Shown piece by piece: positions 1 to 11,627 of a DNA stretch of 64,000 nt. Positions within the stretch are counted from its first letter, which is position 1. Each line of letters opens with the position of its first letter. A program made the position numbers and the translations under genes. The notes beneath the pieces are model-generated. The model ran no database searches, was not told the DNA's origin, and saw only the letters and a program-made list of their open reading frames with translations. The DNA is from a virus: IMG/VR virus record IMGVR_UViG_3300046804_003518, positions 64,001 through 128,000 of that record; one strand, 5' to 3'.

Positions 1-3
1 ACG

Positions 4-1089
4 ATGTTTAATGATATGGTCGTCTGGAGAAAGAATGCCGCTGGTACTATCGTTAAGCGCATTAAGGTGCCTATTGCCTATGGACCTAGAGCAAAGTTTT
101 TATCAAGAATTCAACAAGATCCAAATTTAACAAAACCAGATGCAATTAGCTTACCAAGAATGAGTTTCCAAATTACTGGATACAATTATGATGCGTCTAG
201 AAAACTTTCAACTGCTAATCAAATCAAAACACCAGCTGATTCCGACAGGAAAAATTCATCCGTATATAACCCTGTCCCTTGGAACATAGATTTTGACTTG
301 TCAATTTACGTTTTAAATGCTGAAGATGGTACGATGCTAATTGAGCAAATACTACCATACTTTACTCCAGAGTGGACAAATACTATTAAGCTTGTAGACG
401 ATTTAGATCTTCGTATGGATGTCCCAGTTGTATTAAATACTATTACAACCGAAGACACATATGAGGATGCTTATGAAAATAGAAGAACTATTATTCATAC
501 ATTAAATTTTACAATGAAGGGTTATGTGTTTGGTCCAGTTAAAGATAAGAATATTATTAATACAGCTCTAACAAGAACATTCGTTGCTCCTGGATTTGAA
601 GCTGATATTGAAACTGCAAATAGTGGACCAAATGCAGTAATTGGTGTGGGAATAACAAACGCTGGCAGCGGCTATGTCAACAATCAGATTATTACATTCT
701 CTAATGGTACAAGCAACAGCACTGCTAAGATTACTACAAACGCTACTGGCTCTATTACCAGCCTAGTAATACTAACTGGTGGTAACTTTGCAAATTCATC
801 TATTATCAGAACTCAAGTTGCTAATACTACAACTACATCTAATGCAACAAACGGTAACACTTCTGCAGGTACTGGTGCAGTATTTAATGTAACGCTTGGC
901 TCTGAACTATTCTACACAACTGTTACAGTAGCACCTGGATTGGATGCTAATGGTAATCCAACCACAAACGCTGAAATATCAATTGCCGCCAATAGTATTG
1001 CTGCTAACGATAATTGGGACTTTATCATTACAACAAATACGAACCCCAATTTTCCAGTAGATGATCCAACAAATGACCCAGACATTTAA
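4..1089 (+). CDS. gp15: Tail sheath stabilizer/tail terminator gp15 (N-terminus probably begins before the window), with a ~90-aa insertion
   Basis: KVPIAYGP, LPRMSF, PVPWNIDFDL, EQILPYF motifs; lies directly upstream of terminase genes as in T4-like phages. Confidence 0.9.
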   Translation: MFNDMVVWRKNAAGTIVKRIKVPIAYGPRAKFLSRIQQDPNLTKPDAISLPRMSFQITGYNYDASRKLSTANQIKTPADSDRKNSSVYNPVPWNIDFDLSIYVLNAEDGTMLIEQILPYFTPEWTNTIKLVDDLDLRMDVPVVLNTITTEDTYEDAYENRRTIIHTLNFTMKGYVFGPVKDKNIINTALTRTFVAPGFEADIETANSGPNAVIGVGITNAGSGYVNNQIITFSNGTSNSTAKITTNATGSITSLVILTGGNFANSSIIRTQVANTTTTSNATNGNTSAGTGAVFNVTLGSELFYTTVTVAPGLDANGNPTTNAEISIAANSIAANDNWDFIITTNTNPNFPVDDPTNDPDI

Positions 1090-1102
1090 ACATAAAGAAA
1101 CA

Positions 1103-3164
<2,062 letters not shown>

Positions 3165-3183
3165 AACATGAACCCAGGGAATT

Positions 3184-3191
3184 TATAAATA
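3184..3191 (+). promoter_or_regulatory. T4-type late promoter TATAAATA
   Basis: Exact consensus upstream of gp18; gp55 is encoded in the window. Confidence 0.85.
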
Positions 3192-3237
3192 ATTTCAGTA
3201 GCTTTATTCAATAGATTTGTCTACGAGGAGAATCACG

Positions 3238-5550
3238 ATGGCATTTCAAGTTAGCCCAGGCGTAAACGTAAGCGAAATCGACTTGACAACAGTGGTTCCT
3301 GCCGTATCCACCACAGAAGGTGGCATTGCAGGTACATTCCGCTGGGGTCCAGTAAACGAGCGCGTAAACATGTCTTCAGAAGTTGAACTAGTCAAAACAT
3401 TTGGTAAGCCAAGTGACGACAACTTCGAGACGTTCCATGTTGCATCTTCATTTCTAGCATATGGCAACCAGCTATATGTTGTTCGTGCTGCTGACGCAAA
3501 TGCATATAATGCATACGCAAACACATCAGCCGCCACAGACCTACAAGTTAAGAATCTAGATGACTACTTAACAAAGACAACAGGTTCCGGCCAAGGTGCA
3601 ATTTACCGCGCCAAGTGCCCAGGTTCAATTGGTAATTCACTAAAGGTTTCTATTTGCGACTCTGCAAATGCATACCAATCCAATTTAATGTCATCTGTTA
3701 ACAACAGCAACAACACACTAACATTTGCAGTGTCAGTTGGTGCAAACACAGGTACATTAACAGCAACACAAGCATCACAAAACGTAACAGCAATCACAGT
3801 ATCAGCTGGTGGTTCTGGTTACAACAATGCAGACGTTATTGTTCTTTCAAACGGTGCTGCAAACACAGGTAACTGCACAATTGTAACAAACTCAACTGGT
3901 GGTATTACATCAGTAACAGTTGTTGGTGGTGGTCAGTTCCCAAATACATCAGTAATTAGAGTACAAGTTGCTAACTCAACAGCAGGTGCCAACTCAACAA
4001 ATGGCAACACATCAGCTGGTGCAAGTGCTACATTCTCAATTACGCTTGGTTCAACAGCTGCTGCTAACTCATTAGCAAATACAGAACTAAACACACAGCT
4101 AGACCTAATTACAGTAGGCGACAAGCTAAAGGTTGGTTCACAGTATCTAAAGGTTACATCAGTTGGTGCTACATCAGGTGTCTCAAACGGTGTAGTAAGA
4201 GCAACGCTAAGCTTTGAAGACCTATACACAGGTTCAGCTGCTGTTAGCAAGTCAACAAACTCAACTTCAACAGAAGCAGTAACACGTTACTGGGAATTCT
4301 TTGATGTTGTTGATTCAGCTCCAGGTACATCAGCATATGTTTCAGAGCGTGGTGGTTCATCAGATGAACTACACGTTGTAATTGCTGACGAAGATGGTAT
4401 ATTCACTGGCGTCAAGAATACAATTCTTGAGAAGTGGGAAAGAGTATCAAGAGCAACTGATGCCAAGAGAGAAGGCGCCACAATCTACTATAAGGACGTT
4501 ATCAATAACGGTTCAGATTATGTTTGGTGGTTTAAGGACAATGGCTCAGCTGCTTCAAACACAGCAGTCAATATGTCATCAGCCGACGTCAACGCTAAGC
4601 CAACTACAAAGTCATTTGCGGGTGGTTCAGATGGTGGTGGCGAAGCAAACATTGCATTCTCTTACCTAGCTTCTGCATACGACAAGTTTGCTGCTGCTGA
4701 TGAAGTAGATGTTTCTCTACTTCTAACAGGTAAGGCAAGAGGCGGTACATACGGTGAGCAGCTAGCTAACTACCTAATTGACAATGTTGCAGAAGTTCGT
4801 AAGGACTGCGTAGTATTCGCATCCCCAGAAAGAGGCGATGTTGTTGGTATACAATCAGGCACACAAGCTGTCAATATTGTAGAGTTCAGAAATGCTCTAA
4901 GATCATCTTCATACGGTGTTCTAGATTCTGGCTACAAGTACACATACGATCGTTACAACGATGTATACCGCTTTGTACCACTAAATGGTGATACGGCTGG
5001 TCTATGTGTAAGAACTGACAATCTACGTGATCCATGGTGGTCACCAGCTGGCTTCAATAGAGGTCAGATTAAGAACATTGTCAAGCTAGCTTACAATCCA
5101 GATAAGGCTGACAGAGATACACTATACAAGGCAGGCGTCAATCCAGTGGTTACATTCCCTGGTCAGGGCACAGTGTTGTTTGGTGACAAGACTCTACTAG
5201 CTAAGCCATCAGCATTTGATAGAATCAACGTACGCAGATTGTTCATTGTCCTAGAGAAGGCAATTGCTACAGCTGCTAAGTTCACACTATTCGAGTTCAA
5301 CGATGACTTCACAAGAGCCCAGTTCCGTAACTTAGTAGAGCCATATCTACGTGAGATCCAAGGCCGTCGTGGTATCTATGACTTTAAAGTAGTCTGCGAT
5401 ACAACGAATAACACGGCTGAAGTAATTGATAGCAATCAGTTTGTTGGAGACATCTACATCAAGCCTGCTCGCTCAATTAACTTCATCCAGCTAAACTTCG
5501 TAGCAGTACGCACTGGTGTCGAGTTCAGCGAAGTTGTTGGCCAGTTCTAA
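3238..5550 (+). CDS. gp18: Tail sheath protein gp18
   Basis: MAFQVSPGVNVSEID, FRWGP, WWSPAGFNRG, INVRRLF, YIKPARSINFIQLNF motifs; AGGAG RBS before ATG 3238. Confidence 0.97.
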   Translation: MAFQVSPGVNVSEIDLTTVVPAVSTTEGGIAGTFRWGPVNERVNMSSEVELVKTFGKPSDDNFETFHVASSFLAYGNQLYVVRAADANAYNAYANTSAATDLQVKNLDDYLTKTTGSGQGAIYRAKCPGSIGNSLKVSICDSANAYQSNLMSSVNNSNNTLTFAVSVGANTGTLTATQASQNVTAITVSAGGSGYNNADVIVLSNGAANTGNCTIVTNSTGGITSVTVVGGGQFPNTSVIRVQVANSTAGANSTNGNTSAGASATFSITLGSTAAANSLANTELNTQLDLITVGDKLKVGSQYLKVTSVGATSGVSNGVVRATLSFEDLYTGSAAVSKSTNSTSTEAVTRYWEFFDVVDSAPGTSAYVSERGGSSDELHVVIADEDGIFTGVKNTILEKWERVSRATDAKREGATIYYKDVINNGSDYVWWFKDNGSAASNTAVNMSSADVNAKPTTKSFAGGSDGGGEANIAFSYLASAYDKFAAADEVDVSLLLTGKARGGTYGEQLANYLIDNVAEVRKDCVVFASPERGDVVGIQSGTQAVNIVEFRNALRSSSYGVLDSGYKYTYDRYNDVYRFVPLNGDTAGLCVRTDNLRDPWWSPAGFNRGQIKNIVKLAYNPDKADRDTLYKAGVNPVVTFPGQGTVLFGDKTLLAKPSAFDRINVRRLFIVLEKAIATAAKFTLFEFNDDFTRAQFRNLVEPYLREIQGRRGIYDFKVVCDTTNNTAEVIDSNQFVGDIYIKPARSINFIQLNFVAVRTGVEFSEVVGQF

Positions 5551-5569
5551 TTGATAAGGAGAGACGTAA

Positions 5570-6106
5570 ATGGCATTCAATATTAACGAAATTAAGAGTC
5601 AGCTAGCACTTGGTGGTGCTCGCCCATCTCTTTTCCAAGTAAGACTTACAAATCCAGCAACGTCCGAAGCCGATGCAGTCGTACCATTCATGGTTAAGGC
5701 TGCCCAGATTCCAGCTTCAACAATTGCTCCGATTGAAGTCTTCTACTTTGGCCGACCAATTAAGTTGGCTGGCCAAAGAGTGTTTGATAACTGGACAGTC
5801 ACAGTTATCAACGATGAAGACTTTAAGGTCAGAAAGGCATTGGAGACATGGTCGTATAACATCAACTCATATTCAGGTAACATTCGCGAATTTCCAACAT
5901 CCGCACCATCTGAATATAAGTCACGTGCTGAAGTTATCCAATATAGCAAGACAGGTGAAGAACTACGCACATACGTCTTCGAAGGTCTATTCCCACTAGC
6001 AATCGGTCCAATCGAGCTATCATGGGAAAATGGTAACGCCATCGAAGAATTCCAGTGTGAGTTTGCTCTAGATTACTGGACAGTCCCAGAAGACGGTCAA
6101 GAGTAA
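5570..6106 (+). CDS. gp19: Tail tube protein gp19
   Basis: GGARPSLFQV, GRPIKLAG, FDNWTVTVINDEDF, FALDYW; follows the sheath gene. Confidence 0.95.
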   Translation: MAFNINEIKSQLALGGARPSLFQVRLTNPATSEADAVVPFMVKAAQIPASTIAPIEVFYFGRPIKLAGQRVFDNWTVTVINDEDFKVRKALETWSYNINSYSGNIREFPTSAPSEYKSRAEVIQYSKTGEELRTYVFEGLFPLAIGPIELSWENGNAIEEFQCEFALDYWTVPEDGQE

Positions 6107-6118
6107 TAAGGGTTTGGG

Positions 6119-6150
6119 AGGGCCGCTAAATATAAGCGGCCCTTCTACTC
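6119..6150 (+). terminator. GC-rich hairpin after gp19 (terminator or processing site)
   Basis: AGGGCCGCT-7nt-AGCGGCCCT with a weak U-tail. Confidence 0.5.
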
Positions 6151-6170
6151 TTATCTAGAGGTTATATAAT

Positions 6171-7724
6171 ATGGAATTATTTGGCTTTACAATTAAACGA
6201 AAGGAAGAGGAACAGCCACAGATTGTGGCAGTCACTCAGCCTTCTTTCGTTCCTCCAGTAAATGACGATGGTGCCGTTATCGTATCAGGTGGCGGCGTTG
6301 TTGGTACTTATGTTGACCTAGAGGGTACAGCAAGAACCGAAGCTGAGCTAATCACAAGATATCGTCAGCTATCTCTCCAGCCAGAAATTGAAACTGCAGT
6401 AGAAGAAATTGTAGGTGAGATGATCTCCTATGATTCTAACCAAGAGCAGGTCAATATCAATCTTGACGATCTTGAGTTTTCAAAACAACTGAAAGACAAA
6501 ATTGTAGATGAGTTTGATGAAGTTAAGAAACTACTTGACTTCTCATCATCTGGTTTTGATATTATCAGAAGATGGTACATTGATGGTAGATTATACTATC
6601 ATGTAATTATTGATACAACAAACCCACAAGATGGTATTAAAGAGCTACGCTACATTGATCCAAGAAAGATTAGAAAGATCAGAGAGATCAAAAAAGACAA
6701 GAAGACAATTACTGTCCAAAATGAATACTACATGTACAATGATAAGGGGTTCCAGTCAAAGGAAGTCACATCATCTACAAATGGTTTAAGAATTGCCAAA
6801 GATTCAATTGTTCTAGTATCATCAGGTATACTAGACGAAAATAATTCATACGTTCTGTCATACCTTCATAAGGCTATTAAGCCTATGAACCAGTTACGTA
6901 TGTTGGAAGATGCTTCCGTTATCTATAGATTAACAAGAGCACCAGAAAGAAGAGTATTCTATATTGATGTTGGCAACCTTCCAAAGATGAAGGCAGAACA
7001 ATATCTTGCTGATATGATGCAGCGTCATAAGAATAGATTAGTCTATGATGCCACAACCGGTGAAGTCAGAGACGATAGAAAGTTTATGACAATGACAGAA
7101 GACTTCTGGATTCCTCGTCGTGAAGGTGGCAAGGGCACAGAAATCCAAACTCTGCCTCCAGGTGCAAATCTAGGTCAGATGGATGATGTTCTATACTTCC
7201 AGAAGAGATTGTATCAGTCGCTACATGTTCCTGTAACAAGACTAAATTCAGAACAAGGATTTAGCCTAGGTAGATCTGCAGAGATTACAAGAGAAGAACT
7301 AAGATTCTCAAAGTTTGTTGACCGCCTAAGAATGAAGTTCTCAGTGTTGTTTAAGGAAGCTCTTGGTAAGCAGCTAGTACTAAAGGGTATCGTTGCTCAA
7401 GAAGAACTACCTGAGATTATGTCAAAGGTCAAGTTTGACTATGTCCAAGATGGCTACTTCACAGAGTTGAAGGAAGCTGAGATTATTACAAACAGAGTCA
7501 ATACTGTAAAGAATATGGAAGATATGATTGGCGTTTACTACTCTCGCAACTTTGTTCGTAAGAAGGTTCTACGTCTATCAGACGATGATATTGAACAAAT
7601 GGAAGAAGAGAATGCTGAGGATCCAATCCTTCAGCAGCAGGCTCAGCAACAAGATGCTCAGCAAGAGATGGAACAGCAGCAAACCCAACTCCAGCAGCGT
7701 AAAGCTGATATGGAGCAGGTTTAA
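6171..7724 (+). CDS. gp20: Portal vertex protein gp20
   Basis: RRWYIDGR, ELRYIDPRKI, RAPERRVFYIDVGNLPK, EDFWIPRREGGKGTEI. Confidence 0.97.
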   Translation: MELFGFTIKRKEEEQPQIVAVTQPSFVPPVNDDGAVIVSGGGVVGTYVDLEGTARTEAELITRYRQLSLQPEIETAVEEIVGEMISYDSNQEQVNINLDDLEFSKQLKDKIVDEFDEVKKLLDFSSSGFDIIRRWYIDGRLYYHVIIDTTNPQDGIKELRYIDPRKIRKIREIKKDKKTITVQNEYYMYNDKGFQSKEVTSSTNGLRIAKDSIVLVSSGILDENNSYVLSYLHKAIKPMNQLRMLEDASVIYRLTRAPERRVFYIDVGNLPKMKAEQYLADMMQRHKNRLVYDATTGEVRDDRKFMTMTEDFWIPRREGGKGTEIQTLPPGANLGQMDDVLYFQKRLYQSLHVPVTRLNSEQGFSLGRSAEITREELRFSKFVDRLRMKFSVLFKEALGKQLVLKGIVAQEELPEIMSKVKFDYVQDGYFTELKEAEIITNRVNTVKNMEDMIGVYYSRNFVRKKVLRLSDDDIEQMEEENAEDPILQQQAQQQDAQQEMEQQQTQLQQRKADMEQV

Positions 7725-7765
7725 TTGAACAGATTGATAAATAATTAGAATATTGGAGTTATTAT

Positions 7766-7990
7766 ATGTCAGAACAAGTAAGAGATATGATTGGTGCAGT
7801 TATCAACCAGGATGCAGCAGCATTCCTTGATAAGTTTGAAACTGCAATCAACACAAAGGTAGCAGCTAAGCTGGATGCAATGTATCCAGAGGTAGCTCAC
7901 GCAGTAATGAATCCACAGGCTGAAGCTTCAGAAGCTCCAGCCGAAACACCAGCTGAGCCAGCTAGTGCAGAAGCACCTGCTGCAGAATAA
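7766..7990 (+). CDS. Small acidic prohead core protein (gp67-like position)
   Basis: 74 aa, acidic Ala/Glu/Pro tail, immediately after the portal gene; near-late promoter GATAAATA upstream. Confidence 0.55.
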   Translation: MSEQVRDMIGAVINQDAAAFLDKFETAINTKVAAKLDAMYPEVAHAVMNPQAEASEAPAETPAEPASAEAPAAE

Positions 7991-8002
7991 CAGAGGACAA
8001 TC

Positions 8003-9454
8003 ATGGCCACAATCCGCGAATCATTAAAAAAGCTAACAGAAGTTGCAAAGCCTGTTCCTGGTGATGAGCAGGAGTTTGTGGCTAAGCATGTTATTAAAAC
8101 ATTTGACCTACAAGGTAAGGATGCTATTCATAAGGACGAAACTCCATATGAAGCAATCCTAAAGAATGTAGCTGCAGTAAAGAGCCCATCTGAAAGAGCT
8201 GAAAAGCCTGGTGAGAACCATGGCCACAATAAGCCAGGCGAATCAGAGGCTGCCTACCATGTTCCAGAATCAAGAGAGCAAAAGATTGCAAAGCTTTCAA
8301 TGATGATGGAGGCAACAATTGACCCAAAAGAACAACAGCTAGCTGATGCATTAAAGAGTCTGCTAGCTGAAACATTTTCCCTTTACCTAAAGGCCCATCA
8401 CTACCACTGGAATGTAATGGGTCCAGACTTTGCTCAGTACCACGAATTCCTTGGTGAGCTATATGCAGAGGTTCATGGTGCAGTGGATATGATTGCCGAG
8501 AACATTAGAGTTCTTGGTGAACTTGCTCCAGGTAATCTTCGTACAATGGATTCAAGTCAATACACAGACCCACATTTAATGATTGTAGACCTAATGATGG
8601 ATAACGAGAAGGTTCTTCAATCATTAAAAGATTGCTACAAGCTAGCAGAGTCAATGGATAGACTTGGTATTTCTAATTTCCTACAAGATAGACTAACAGC
8701 ACACGAGAAACATCACTGGATGATGCAAGCAATTGCTGGCGTCAAAGGTGAGGAGCCAATGCAGGAAGCAAAGCAAGTCACTGGCGTTAAGATGCACTAT
8801 CATAACCCAAAGACTGGTGAGAAGTTCCATGAGATTCATTTCTCAGTTCCTGCTGCAGAGAAGTTTAGAAAGCAGCACGAGAAGGCTGGCTTTAAGTTAG
8901 TAAAGAAAGAAGCACAGTTTAGTGAGGCTGCAACTCCAGCTCAGCAAGCTGCTATTGCCATTGCCATGAAAAAGGCTGGCAAGAAGCCAAAGGGCATGAA
9001 GGAAGAGGCTGAACAAATTGATGAAATTAAGTTTAGTGATGTTCTTAAAGCTACTCATGGTAAGTCACCAGAAGAGAAGCAAGCAATTATTAAGCAGATG
9101 CGTGATCAAGAAAATGCATCAAAGCCTAAGGCTAAACCTCGTCCTCCTGAAAAAGTAGAACCAGGTCCAATTGGCAGCAGATTTGATGAAGAGAATAGAC
9201 CACTACTTCCAAGACAAAAAGAAATTGCTCGTGAACTTCTAAAGAAAGAAATGGAAGCTCGTAAGAAGCAACGCAATGACAACAGACAAGCTGGCACTCC
9301 AAAGATTACAGAATCTGAAGAGAGCAGAAGAGAAGAAAACGATAAGGAGCGCGAGGCAAGAGTAGCAACTCCAAGACCTCATACACCAAAAGGTGTTGAG
9401 GCAATGAGATATAGACTTCAGTCTGTTAAAAAGCAGATTATTGACAAAACATGA
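8003..9454 (+). CDS. Multidomain prohead core/internal head protein with an embedded Dps (ferritin-like) domain
   Basis: Dps signature HHYHWNVMGPDFAQYHEFLGELY...VDMIAE at ~8312-8767; highly charged flanks with many x-x-E sites; lies between gp20 and gp21. Confidence 0.75.
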   Translation: MATIRESLKKLTEVAKPVPGDEQEFVAKHVIKTFDLQGKDAIHKDETPYEAILKNVAAVKSPSERAEKPGENHGHNKPGESEAAYHVPESREQKIAKLSMMMEATIDPKEQQLADALKSLLAETFSLYLKAHHYHWNVMGPDFAQYHEFLGELYAEVHGAVDMIAENIRVLGELAPGNLRTMDSSQYTDPHLMIVDLMMDNEKVLQSLKDCYKLAESMDRLGISNFLQDRLTAHEKHHWMMQAIAGVKGEEPMQEAKQVTGVKMHYHNPKTGEKFHEIHFSVPAAEKFRKQHEKAGFKLVKKEAQFSEAATPAQQAAIAIAMKKAGKKPKGMKEEAEQIDEIKFSDVLKATHGKSPEEKQAIIKQMRDQENASKPKAKPRPPEKVEPGPIGSRFDEENRPLLPRQKEIARELLKKEMEARKKQRNDNRQAGTPKITESEESRREENDKEREARVATPRPHTPKGVEAMRYRLQSVKKQIIDKT

Positions 9455-9732
9455 AAAAGTTTTTAGATTATCTTAATGAAGAAGGTGAACTACAAGGAGG
9501 CTTGCATAGCAAGAATCCAGTAAAAGCAAGAAAGGCTGGTGGGCAGCTTAGAGCAGAAATGCGTAATAAGATTCCCGCCAGTGATGCAGAGAGATTAATT
9601 AGCAAGTATAGTAACCATCCTGCACTTGCTGCAAGTTTAAGACATGCAAAGGAAAAGTATCCTGAAGCTGACGTGAGACCAATATTAAAGACTCACATTA
9701 GACGAATGAAGATACCACATATGGGTGTATAA
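9451..9732 (+). CDS. Putative internal head protein
   Basis: N-terminus MKKFLDYLNE resembles the T4 internal-protein capsid-targeting sequence; basic protein. Confidence 0.55.
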   Translation: MKKFLDYLNEEGELQGGLHSKNPVKARKAGGQLRAEMRNKIPASDAERLISKYSNHPALAASLRHAKEKYPEADVRPILKTHIRRMKIPHMGV

Positions 9733-9734
9733 AC

Positions 9735-10001
9735 ATGGCAGACACAGTAAAGTTTTTAGCTTCTGAAATAACATTAACAAGTGCTAATACCGTTGGCTTA
9801 GCTAACATTGTTAGACTTGTTAATACAGACAACACAACAGCTTCAACCATTACACAGAAGAATGGTGGTTCAACAGTGGCTACATTTACACTTGGTACAA
9901 GGGATTCAGCCTTTGGTTGTATCTATGTAATGAAGACACCAGCCCATACACTAGAAGCATCAGGCGGTACAGTTAAAGCTGTATCAATAGCCTACTATTA
10001 A
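9735..10001 (+). CDS. Hypothetical small virion protein
   Basis: 88-aa beta-rich ORF in the head operon with late-gene codon usage. Confidence 0.5.
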   Translation: MADTVKFLASEITLTSANTVGLANIVRLVNTDNTTASTITQKNGGSTVATFTLGTRDSAFGCIYVMKTPAHTLEASGGTVKAVSIAYY

Positions 10002-10013
10002 AGGTAAACGACA

Positions 10014-10673
10014 ATGAAACTAATCTGCGAAGTATTAGAAGAAGTAAAGTTAATAACAGAAGAAAAGGAAGATGGCAAGAAGGACTTCTATATTGAAGGT
10101 GTCTTCATGCAGGCTGATATTCAAAATAGAAATGGCCGTATCTATCCAATGCCTGTTATGGAAAAAGAAGTTGGTCGCTACGTAAAAGAATACGTAAACA
10201 CTAAAAGAGCTTTTGGTGAACTTGGTCATCCAGAAGGTCCACAAATTAACTTAGACCGTGTATCTCACGTTATTACTGAGTTAAAGAGAGATGGATCAAA
10301 TATTGTTGGCCGTGCAAAGTTACTAGAGACACCAATGGGTAATATCGCTAAGAGTATTATTCAAGGTGGTGGTTCCCTAGGCGTATCTTCACGTGGTATG
10401 GGTTCATTGAAAGAAAAGAACGGCATTATGGAAGTGCAAGATGACTTCCTATTAGCCACAGCTGCTGATATTGTTGCTGACCCTTCAGCCCCTAATGCAT
10501 TTGTTAATGGCATTATGGAGGGTGTAGAGTGGGTCTGGGATAATGGTATCCTCAAACAGCATCAAATTGAGCAGTATAAGCAAGAGATTGAGAAGGCGGC
10601 AGCCAAACCAAATAAGCGTGCTCTTGAAGAAGCAATGCTTAGAACGTGGTCTGACTTCCTGTCAAAACTCTAA
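10014..10673 (+). CDS. gp21: Prohead protease gp21
   Basis: YIEGVFMQA, NRNGRIYP, GELGHP, GVSSRGMGS, DIVADPSAP. Confidence 0.97.
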   Translation: MKLICEVLEEVKLITEEKEDGKKDFYIEGVFMQADIQNRNGRIYPMPVMEKEVGRYVKEYVNTKRAFGELGHPEGPQINLDRVSHVITELKRDGSNIVGRAKLLETPMGNIAKSIIQGGGSLGVSSRGMGSLKEKNGIMEVQDDFLLATAADIVADPSAPNAFVNGIMEGVEWVWDNGILKQHQIEQYKQEIEKAAAKPNKRALEEAMLRTWSDFLSKL

Positions 10674-10676
10674 TTT

Positions 10677-10684
10677 TATAAATA
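10677..10684 (+). promoter_or_regulatory. T4-type late promoter TATAAATA
   Basis: Exact consensus upstream of gp22. Confidence 0.85.
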
Positions 10685-10724
10685 ATATTAACCAATTTAC
10701 GTAAAATTTTTGGGAGAAAATACA

Positions 10725-11585
10725 ATGTCAGATCTTCAAGAGTTTAAGGTTGACGCCGTCAACGCTGAAGTAGCCGATCCAGTTGCACCAGCTGGTGGCG
10801 AAGATAGCTCAAAGGCGTCTAAGAAGGGCAAGCCAGAAATGCCAATGGAAAAGCTAAAGGCCGTACAAGAGGACCTAGCTGCTCTATTTGACGGTTCTGA
10901 GCTAACTGAGGATTTCAGAGAAAAAGCAACAGTCATTTTTGAAGCTGCTATCAACGAGAAAGTATCTGGCGTTGTAGCATCTCTAGAAGAGCAATACGAA
11001 GCAAAGCTAACTGAAGAAGTAGCTGCTATTGAGGAAGCTCTTGTAGAAAAGATCGATAGCTACCTAGACTACGTGGTCGAACAGTGGGTAGAAGAGAACA
11101 AGCTAGCAATTGAAAGCGGTATTAAGGCCGAAGTAGTTGAGAGCTTCATGGAAGGACTAAAGGGTCTTTTCACAGAACATTATGTTGATGCTCCACAAGA
11201 GAAGCTAGACATCCTAGCCCAGGCACAGTCAGAAGTTGAAGAACTAAAGACAAAGTTGTCTGCATCAATCAATGAAAATATTGAACTATCTAAGAAGCTA
11301 GAAGCTGCAGAAGCAGAAAAGGTATTTTCTGAAGTATCAGAAGGCCTAGCTGCAACGCAGGTTGAGAAGCTTCGTACATTAGCAGAAGGCCTAGAGTATG
11401 CTGACGTTTCTTCATATAAGAAGAAGCTAGGCATGATCAAGGAATCCTACTTTGCTGCTAAGAAGGTAGAGTCAAATGCTCAGCAACAGCTAAATGAGGA
11501 AGTCGCTCCTGCTCCAGCAGAGAAGGTAGTTGATCCAGTCATGAATAAGTACGCTGCAGCGATTTCCCGTTCGGTCCAAAAGTAA
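10725..11585 (+). CDS. gp22: Prohead core scaffold protein gp22
   Basis: Acidic coiled coil, FREKATVIFEAA, IDSYLDYVVEQW; between the protease and major capsid genes. Confidence 0.93.
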   Translation: MSDLQEFKVDAVNAEVADPVAPAGGEDSSKASKKGKPEMPMEKLKAVQEDLAALFDGSELTEDFREKATVIFEAAINEKVSGVVASLEEQYEAKLTEEVAAIEEALVEKIDSYLDYVVEQWVEENKLAIESGIKAEVVESFMEGLKGLFTEHYVDAPQEKLDILAQAQSEVEELKTKLSASINENIELSKKLEAAEAEKVFSEVSEGLAATQVEKLRTLAEGLEYADVSSYKKKLGMIKESYFAAKKVESNAQQQLNEEVAPAPAEKVVDPVMNKYAAAISRSVQK

Positions 11586-11591
11586 CCAATT

Positions 11592-11599
11592 TATAAATA
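11592..11599 (+). promoter_or_regulatory. T4-type late promoter TATAAATA
   Basis: Exact consensus upstream of gp23. Confidence 0.85.
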
Positions 11600-11627
11600 T
11601 TAGATAACCCCTAAAGGAGAGATAAAG

